A stretch of 64,000 bases of DNA from Tubulanus polymorphus (Eukaryota; Animalia; Nemertea), in assembly GCF_964204645.1 (NCBI RefSeq), contig NC_134029.1, forward strand, positions 7,590,850 through 7,654,849, written 5' to 3'. Positions 55,903-64,000 of the stretch are shown piece after piece; position 1 is the stretch's first letter, and each line of letters opens with the position of its first letter. Position numbers and translations under genes: made by a program. The notes under the pieces are model-generated. The model was not told the origin of the DNA and did not search any database. It was given only the letters and a program-made list of their open reading frames with translations.

Positions 55903-58709
55903 AACAACAATCTGCAGAATAACAATATCTTCTGAAAAAGTAGCACACGTGATAACGGCGACGATTTTCTCTACTGAGAATATTTAACACTATGCTTCAT
56001 CTTCATACAATTTTTCATAATCCATTTGCAACTCTTTATGTAGTAAGTATTCTACCGTCTAGACGTCCGTGAATGCTAGGCTAGTTTTTCGGTTCTTACC
56101 GGTGTTGGTTCCTCCGGTAATGATCCACGCTCCCGTCGTTTTCGCGGCTTTCAAAAGCCCCTTACGGAAAACGCGCTTCAGCTTCGGCTGCAACTCGAAA
56201 TTCGCGATTCCGCCGTGGACTGAAATGAGCAGTTTCGGCAATTCGAGTTTCCAGTTTTTGAGCAGTAATTGTAGAACGAGATCGGGCTGAGTATCGTGAG
56301 ACAGACGCACATACTGAAAATAAGGAATTGAAAAAAAAACATATAAAGTCATACAGCAGCGGTGTAAAACAAGTTGTGCATTGGACTATCGTTAATGATG
56401 TTGTTCTAAGGTGATTCTGTCTAAAGTCTAAGTCTTAAGGCTCAATAAAATATTTGGACCAATGCAATCACCATTTTTATACTGACATAATATCTGTGCC
56501 AAATTGTCTCATTCAGTAGGGACTTATATGCAACAACCAATAACCTAGGTCCATTGAAAATTTTAGTAAATTCAATATGTGTTTCTAGGAAAGATACGTG
56601 TTTCACATACACTGCTAGCCCTGCTGCTGGCTGCCTTGTTGCTATCTTTGTAGATGAACAGTACACTCAAAAATAGCTCTACTAACTAAACAGCTGCGAT
56701 CATACGGAGACAAATAGGCACGGATCAGGGCCAAGTCTAATTTGGCCCATGCTTATTTAGAGAGCACGTTCACATGTAAACCACTCATTTGATACTAAAA
56801 AATGCTTAAACAAAGTGAAGTGAGTCACTTCTCGAACCAGTTGCAATTAACACTCAAACATTTGCCCCGTGCTAAAATTTGGCTAGGTCCTGGTCCGTTT
56901 TTGGTAGGGCCTGGGCCAAACACACACCAGCCCATTTGGCACCAGTGTGAACCGCTTTTCCGTTCCAAAAACGCCCGGGCGAAAACACTCATGTGATTGC
57001 GGCTACAATGTAGCACATCCAGACCCACTTAGCGCGGACTTATTCCTTTCAGCCAATTCTATAGATATCTTACTGACCAAGAACTGCTATTGTTTTCAGT
57101 CACGATTTAACTTAAATTTATCTACGCATCTATAAATAACTGTTCCCATGGAATGGTCGCTACTTTTGATTGTAACTGACCTTTCAATAGCGTGTGATGG
57201 AAAGAAAGCCACAGTGTACCATCAGAAAGAAGAACACACCAATGAATAATTCAAACAGAGTTCGAGTCAAATATGCGGAAACCGGCGTCAAAGCCAGAAT
57301 GCAAATACGGTATATCCCGATTCCAATTCTAATTTCAAGATCAACATTTATTTCTAAGCGTGACAGTATCATACATCATTGTCATAAATCATCGCAGAAA
57401 TTTAGCTGTCAATTCTATAGACATTTCAAATAAATAGGCGAATATCTCAAAAGCTTCGTTCCGTAATCCTACTTTTTTTTCTTCTCCCGAGCAACCAATT
57501 TATCATAGCCCAATCTTATCATATACATACAGCAAATGCACCACCGATTTTGCTAAAGTTGAACTCGTGATGTTCGAAAATTTCATGTGGTTCCATCAAA
57601 TTACTTCCAGACTGTGCTTACAATGACCGCAGTAATGAAAAGATTTCTTCTTATGGAAATTTTCGGAAAAGTTCTTTTAGCACGAGTACCATTTAAAATC
57701 ACCTATTGCATTTTTGCTTACAATACGTGTTACTTAAGGACGCTAAGGACTTTTGAAAATCAATGAAGGTTCTGAGTATTGATGGATATAGATTACCTGA
57801 ATCAATTTAGCAATTCAACTCTGCATCCATTTAAGAATGCGTTAATTAATGACAGTTGATAGATTATGAAGTCTCGGCATAGGAAGTGGAATTTTTCTTA
57901 TCTCAATAAATTCAGCAGTGGGTGGATATATCAATATCTGTCATCACTATTCTGTCACCACTGCTGTCAGGCTGAAAGGTGGCCATTAATGAATACGATC
58001 AAAGGTATACAGAAGGGACATCTTTTGGATTGATGAGGTATTTTCTAAATTTCATTTTCTTTATCATTTGATAAGGAACCCCGCAATTGGAAATATTTTG
58101 AATTGATGAGGGCAATTCTTTATCCGTGGATTCTGAACTTCAAAAATGGAGATCTATGAATTAATGAAAATTCTTAAAGATTCTACCCGAGTGCGTTGAA
58201 CAATGGGCATACCCCTTTAGTGCCTCTACACGGCGACGTGGTATATTATTAGTTACTATATTTCACTGTGACAGGTGCTGTCATCTTTCAATAGATAAAG
58301 TAACTAAACTAATTACTTATAACATCAATACACTGCGATGCGGTGTACTAACAAAATCCATCATCTATCTATACATCGCACTGTGGAGTAGACACGCTGA
58401 AAGGGTTAATGAGGAATTTTTCCCAAGCCAATGTAAATCTTTGTTAGTGTATTCAGAAATTATGAGATTGGGATATTTCCGAGTTCATCATTCACACCCG
58501 TTGATTCAGAACAAAAAATTTCACTTCTGTGGAGATCTTTTACCTGTGCTTTTGTAGGATGAGTGTAGCCTTGGAATTCGATTGTGCCGTAAGCATCGGT
58601 CGGCATAAGTTCCGTATGTTTTCCGACGGTCCATTTGTCTCCGGGTATCTGTTGAGCCGGCTGCGGAGGCAGGTAGTAATGATGCAGTTCATCCCGACCA
58701 CAGCCGCAC
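39395..58709 (-). CDS. TRPM: Transient receptor potential melastatin channel, TRPM1/TRPM3-like, with no alpha-kinase; 5'-most exon(s) not identified
   Basis: Phase-consistent exons: 58544-58709, 56100-56313, 55494-55618, 54862-55033, 54077-54269, 53800-53923, 53541-53717, 53157-53291, 52986-53036, 52694-52825, 46626-46796, 46325-46422, 45830-46058, 45260-45433, 43861-44073, 43656-43784, 43051-43299, [42515-42689 or 42280-42454], 41974-42097, 41575-41765, 41099-41231, 39395-40766. Motifs: [53 protein letters not shown] box [23 protein letters not shown]1/3-type EYTSITD. Confidence 0.95.
42280..42454 (-). CDS. TRPM: TRPM alternative pore exon B (S5, pore helix, filter; ends [10 protein letters not shown])
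   Basis: 175 nt, TAG acceptor, GTAAGT donor, phase 0 to 1. Translation: [58 protein letters not shown]. Confidence 0.9.
42515..42689 (-). CDS. TRPM: TRPM alternative pore exon A (S5, pore helix, filter; ends [10 protein letters not shown])
   Basis: 175 nt, CAG acceptor, GTAAGT donor, phase 0 to 1. Translation: [58 protein letters not shown]. Confidence 0.9.
49848..50122 (-). mobile_element. AGCCGCGATC-family MITE, full length, 3-bp TSD TTG
   Basis: Perfect TIR AGCCGCGATCACACG / CGTGTGATCGCGGCT, with TTG on both flanks. Confidence 0.8.
51169..51390 (-). mobile_element. piggyBac-like MITE, partial, reverse orientation relative to the 23944 copy
   Basis: Reverse complement of 23944-24190; ends GCACTGAAAGGG followed by TTAA. 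Confidence 0.65.
56692..57004 (+). mobile_element. AGCCGCGATC-family MITE
   Basis: AGCTGCGATCATACGGAGAC...ATGTGATTGCGGCT, with the family's internal sequence. Confidence 0.7.
58209..58405 (+). mobile_element. piggyBac-like MITE, partial
   Basis: GACAGGTGCTGTCATCTTTCA...ACATCAATAC...CTGAAAGGG followed by TTAA; matches the 23944 copy. Confidence 0.6.
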
Positions 58710-59301
58710 CTAATTTGAAGACAAGATCAAAGTATGAGTACATGTATAACTACGGCGCCTTCTAATGAGAAATATGATTAAGTTAATGGATTTAAGCATA
58801 ATCTGCATGTGTACGCAGCAGAGCAGCAAAATTCATACCAGATTATGGGATATCAAAATGAAATCTTCACATCATTAACAAGCAAGCGGAAAAACCAAAG
58901 CCGAAATCAATTTGTAATATAATTTCAAGGGGTCTGTGGAAGTAAAAAATAGTGGAAGGGGTTTATTCCTCCAAAAAAATTCTAAAACTTTAAAACTTGT
59001 CGTGAAGTTGTCCCACATCATCTGAGGATTGTGTTGTGAGCTACAGTTATAACGCAGTGCTGCAAACCGATCCCTGCACAGTGCACTATCGGTAACAAAT
59101 TTAAAGATTCTTAGAAATATTTCATTAAAACACAAATGAAAAGAGTTTATTTTGCATTTCAAAATTACATTATCTAATAGAGAAATTATTATTCAAGGAA
59201 AAGCCTCTCAATAAAATCGTTCATGTTTTTTCAAGCATTGGAAAAAAACCCACATAGAATCCAAACAAATGAATGAGGAACAAATACCGAAACATCAGAA
59301 A

Positions 59302-59628
59302 AGCTGCGATCACACTGAGACGATTTGGCCCGGGCCAGACCCGAGTCAAATTTGGCCCGTGCCTAATTAGAGAGCAGCGTTCACACACAAACCACACACA
59401 CGATACTAAACGATGCTTAAACAAAGCGAAATGAATCACTTCCTTAACCAGTAGCAATTCAAATGCAATAATTTGACCAGTACTAAAATTTGGCTCCTGC
59501 CTGATCAAACATTTTTGTTTGGGCCAAATTTGGCCAGGGCTAGACTGGCAGCACTGGCCCATTTCGGCACTCGGAACACTTGTTCTGGGCCTAATTTTGG
59601 CACGGGCGAAAAAACGCTTGTGTGATCG
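59302..59628 (+). mobile_element. AGCCGCGATC-family MITE
   Basis: AGCTGCGATCACACTGAGACGATTTGGCCCGGG...TGTGTGATCG. Confidence 0.7.
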
Positions 59629-60625
59629 AATAAAATATCCCGGTAAAATTCTAGTTGCACACTCGACTTGGCATTCAATTCTTCAAAACAAGCCGCGGCG
59701 ATGTACAGTTTTCGAGCGATTAAATTCTTATTATCGGCACTCGCGCGCTGAGTCCTGAGCGTAAATTATATCTCTCATACGCCCGATAAATAAATTGCTG
59801 GGAAACACACATCGCCGTTTATTAATTTCTCCTATGATGTATAGATGCGACGTCAACCGAGCGAAGAAACATTACTTTTCGACGTGAAAAATTGTTAAAT
59901 TGTATTTCCATGTAAAGGCAACTGAAGCATTAAATACAGATTGAGGTTATTGACGTGATACAACCTTCCTTTATATTCTGGAAATAAAAAGAGGCTTATT
60001 TTCGATCTAACTGCGAGAATAACAAACCACCTCGTTATTTTTGTCGTTTTTTTTAAACAGAATTTCGTTAAAACCTACTCTAAACATTATCTACGCCTAA
60101 TCCTAAACACCCTCTCTTAATCCCGAACCTAATTGCTTGCATAAATCCTAAACCATATAAACCCTTTTTGATGAAGTCAGAATACCACAAAACCCAAAGA
60201 TCGGTTTGAAAAATACCTTAACTTATTTGATTTCTTTATTAATAAGTTAAATCAATGTATGGGTTATTTTCTGTAGGGCTGTATTACGCGTAAGTCACAA
60301 CAAAAGCATTTCTAAACCAGACACTATTTTTCAGTAAAACAAGTGACAGTTTGGGCTCAGTTTTTCCGTACAAGAGCTCATCAATTGAGGGATCAGTTAG
60401 GAAAGGGTTAATTGTGTTAGAATTCAATATGAATACTTTTTTTCAAAATATTTTCGGACTATTACTGGAATCTTTCCAGAAAATACAGACTTCTAATCAA
60501 ATCGATATCTTTTTGATATTCTGCGGCTACTGTGGTTGATAGACTTAGCAAAACGAGATCTATAACTTATTCAATAGCTGACAGCAACACAGAGACGTGG
60601 TAATCTCGAAGAGTCGTTTGACAAT

Positions 60626-61047
60626 AGCTGCGTTCACACTAGGATTTCAGTACGGTACTAAGCGTTCACACTAGGAAATTATTCAAGGCCTATTCGAGGC
60701 TTATTCAGTTCCGTACTGAAATACGCGGTTATTAAGCGCAGAATGCGATTCCGCGTCGAAAACCCGATCTCAGTACGACACTGAGCTGGCCGCGTATTTT
60801 CTGTAGTGTGAACACAGATTCGGCGCTTAGTTAGCCATGTATTCCCATCCTCGTAGTACAAAACACTTAGCACTAATTACACTCCCCTCTATTGGCACAC
60901 TGGGTGACTACTATACTGGGCTTACTAAGTGCCGAATCGCGACTCGTAGTGTGAACGTAAATGGCTGTATAAGCGCCATATTTTGGTGAATTCGGCACCA
61001 GCGAAATATGGTAATTCGTAAGCGCCGAATCTAGTGTGAACGCGGCT
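60626..61047. mobile_element. PIF/Harbinger-like MITE with AAT target duplication
   Basis: TIR AGCTGCGTTCACACTAG / CTAGTGTGAACGCGGCT, AAT on both flanks, and internal repeats of GTTCACACTA / TAGTGTGAAC. Confidence 0.75.
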
Positions 61048-62089
61048 AATATTCCAAAAAAGGCAAACGTACACAGCAAATTAGAGCGCGTGTCGTGGAA
61101 TGAAAATACGCCAACTGTAAAGCACGAGTATGTCATTATATTACACTGGACAGTCAAAGCTATCGAGCCGTTCTAAATCTAACCAGCACCAGCGGGGAGA
61201 GACATACACATCAATATTTCCTGTCCGTGACAATTAGTTATGATAAAATGATGTTCATTGGTCTCGTAGTACACAGCCTGCTGCATATTATGAATATTGA
61301 GTGATGTTGGTTTCCGCTGCTCTACTAAATCTCCTCACTCATCAACTCGCTTGCTGTCTTGGGCCTGTGCCGAGGGAGGTGGGTTCAGGGGTAGCGAACA
61401 AACCCCCTAAAATGCCCTTCAAAAGGTCAGCGTCATTACCGTTTATAAATGTTGAGGGACACATGATACGCCACGGTCGGCTGCCGCAAGGTATATTAAT
61501 ATTAAGACGAGATAATTTCAGCGAAAATGAGCACGAACGAAATTCGTTCATTATTAACGAATCTACAACACCGATTAACTGACGAGTTGTCTAGACGTAA
61601 AGCTGAAACTCTCAACAACGGATTTATCTAGCAAATCATAATTTGTAATATAAAGGGCTGTAGCCGCTAAGGGGTGAGCTACAATGACGATGACTGAGTG
61701 AATGAACGCCAGAATATCTTTAGGCGGAAAGAATAAATTCTAACGTCCTGTCAACTCGTCGAAGCGAAGTTTTTTTCGCGCAAGTCGGAATTTTTCCACC
61801 CATTCAATGCTCGCGGTCATTTACAAAACCTGAAAATAAGAGACTCGATTTCCATGAGTGTGTCTGTCTATAAGGGGGCGGGGGCCCGAGAATGGTCACG
61901 CGAGGGTGATTACGTACTCATCGAACGTCGGGCTGCCGTTAGTTGATATTTTCCACCTTGAGGATAGTTACGAAACCGACGCGGCATTCGTATCATCATG
62001 GTTATTACAAATCAGTCACAGGAGAATCGACGGTAATTATTTAGTCTGGATACCGACCAACATCTACATCAAAAATTAATACATATAAT

Positions 62090-62159
62090 GAGAGAGAGGG
62101 AGAGAGGGAGAGAGGGAGAGAGGGAGAGAGGGAGAGAGGGAGGGAGGGAGGGAGGGAGG

Positions 62160-62228
<69 letters not shown>

Positions 62229-62373
62229 GGAGAGGGAGAGGGAGAGGGAGAGGGAGAGGGAGAGGGAGAGGGAGAGGGAGAGGGAGAGGGAGAGGGAGAG
62301 GGAGAGGGAGAGGGAGAGGGAGAGGGAGAGGGAGAGAGAGAGAGGGAGGGAGGGAGGGAGGGAGGGAGGGAGG

Positions 62374-62423
<50 letters not shown>
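62090..62423 (+). repeat. Compound polypurine microsatellite (GA)n/(GGGA)n/(GAGGGA)n
   Basis: About 330 bp composed only of G and A on the plus strand. Confidence 0.95.
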
Positions 62424-62425
<2 letters not shown>

Positions 62426-62908
62426 CATTTGTATCGTAGAAGTATGTGCAGCAGCAGCTCAGGTGACAATGTACGAGCGATGAGGCGTGAATGTAGCAGG
62501 TAGAATATTGCAAATCTAAGTATCCGTCGATGAATATATCCGATACGCAGGCTTCATTAAACTCGATCGCGATCGGCAAAACGGATGAAACAAAACACGG
62601 CCGCCAAAGAATTAACTCGCTAAAATTATTATCTTTTATTCACGCGCAGCAACGAGCCTTCTGCTCGTAGACCAACGGGAAAACCAGTCCCCGTTAACTA
62701 AAAATGAAAAGCTTTCGTAAGTTATTAGTTGAAGGCGTTCTTATTTTCAATCGCAATGGGGACGAAACAAGAAAACGTACGCCGATAATCGAAATGATCT
62801 TTTGGTGTAAGTAGTATATTAAAAGTCTAGGAGAACCTGTTCGTGTTACTGGCCCCTGGACTGAGAAACTGACATTATAGCCTCAATCAGGCGAAGCACC
62901 TTCACAGG

Positions 62909-63075
62909 TAAACCACTCACTTCATACTAAACAATGCCTCGAACAAAGCGAAGTGATTCACTTCCAAAACCTTTTAGAATTCACACACACAAATTCGACC
63001 AGTGCTTGGCTTGGGCCTGATCCGACGTTTTTGGTCGCGCCAAATTTGGCCAGAATTGCTCGCGCGATCGCGGCT
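62909..63075 (+). mobile_element. 3' half of an AGCCGCGATC-family MITE
   Basis: TAAACCACTCACTTCATACTAAAC...AACAAAGCGAAGTGA...GATCGCGGCT. Confidence 0.6.
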
Positions 63076-63673
63076 AACAATTTACTTTTCGATTACCGGT
63101 GACACTACTAGCGCCTTTGTTATTTCATTTTAGTGCTTCATCCATTTTTCCCCCGCACACCGGCAGTAAGAAGATGATCGTCGACCGATCGGGCGTCCGT
63201 GGATGGGAGGAGAAAAAGCCGCACGACGCCATCTCGTAAGCGCGGATGAATTCATTGTTGTTGTTCATATTATCGCGACGGACAATTTTCGTCCGACCGA
63301 CCGAAAATTGAGAGATAATTTCAGCAGCCTACGACGATGGTGATGATGATGACGATGATGAAGAGAGACTTTAAGAAGTAATGACGCGAGGCAAAATAAC
63401 ACTGACAGCGAATGAGCTGTAGTCGCTTTGAAAATGAGCCGAGAGCCAGACTTAAATAGACGGAACAGTCGCGGGCGTCTCCATTACTCAGAAGATTTGT
63501 TCGGATTCATGCTTTTCGCTCGAGCTCAAATATCGAAGCCGGTATTTAGAGAAGATGATATCGCGCAGAGTCCCTGGGATGGTTTCAGTACAAGGAAACC
63601 GTTTTATCGGATTGTAAATATCTACCCGCCGATTGAAAAGAAATTTCCAAAAAAAAATTCGGAAAAAAACAAA

Positions 63674-64000
63674 TTCGAAATGTAACAACTTGAAATAAAA
63701 AATCCGAGACATTCATGATTTTTCTACTGCATTCATCGAGAAATGAATTTTTCCCATAACAAAGTTTTTCTCTTGTGAGACAAAAACAAAGATTTTCTTT
63801 ATTGTCCGACTATAACAAGGTGACCATAGGTCAAGGCTGGCTCATTCAGAAATATGAATTCGAATGTTACAACTTGAAATAATAAATCCACGTTCATGAT
63901 TTTTCTACTGCATTCTACTGAGAGTTTTAATAGGCAACAAATTTCGGTCTGGCACTTGTTTTCTCGCAACGAAAACAAGTTTTTCTCTTACGTGAACAAT
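63674..64000 (+). repeat. Degenerate direct repeat, ~185-bp offset, possibly continuing past the window
   Basis: TTCGAA(A)TGT.ACAACTTGAAATAA.AAATCC...TTCATGATTTTTCTACTGCATTC at about 63674 and 63859. Confidence 0.6.

Noticed and set aside
62041-62579. Long LS/SP/ER/GE-rich ORFs
   Set aside because: Translations of the GA microsatellite.
61700-63480. CpG-rich patches as TRPM first exons or a separate gene
   Set aside because: No conserved TRPM N-terminal motif and no convincing spliced ORF found by eye.

Overview
Gene-dense, AT-rich animal DNA with short GT-AG introns; a compact marine invertebrate, probably lophotrochozoan, is my inference. I traced the splice junctions by hand. Left to right: (1) TAF1 (minus, 20 coding exons, running off the left edge), with an intronless class I SAM methyltransferase ORF nested antisense in its first coding intron. 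(2) KIF3A (plus, 17 exons), head-to-head with TAF1. (3) TMEM185 (minus, 7 exons). (4) An HNMT-like methyltransferase frame with two in-frame TAA stops. (5) A SOUL/HEBP2-like gene with a damaged 5' end. (6) A kinase-less TRPM1/3-like channel (minus; first exon(s) not found in the window). Introns hold many MITEs and a Helitron-type (HINE/pearl-like) element with a 154-bp tandem core. The most striking feature is a pair of duplicated 175-nt TRPM exons, apparently mutually exclusive. They encode alternative S5/pore-helix/selectivity-filter modules (EVYASQIN vs EVYAPEID), so one gene could make two channels with different pore charge.
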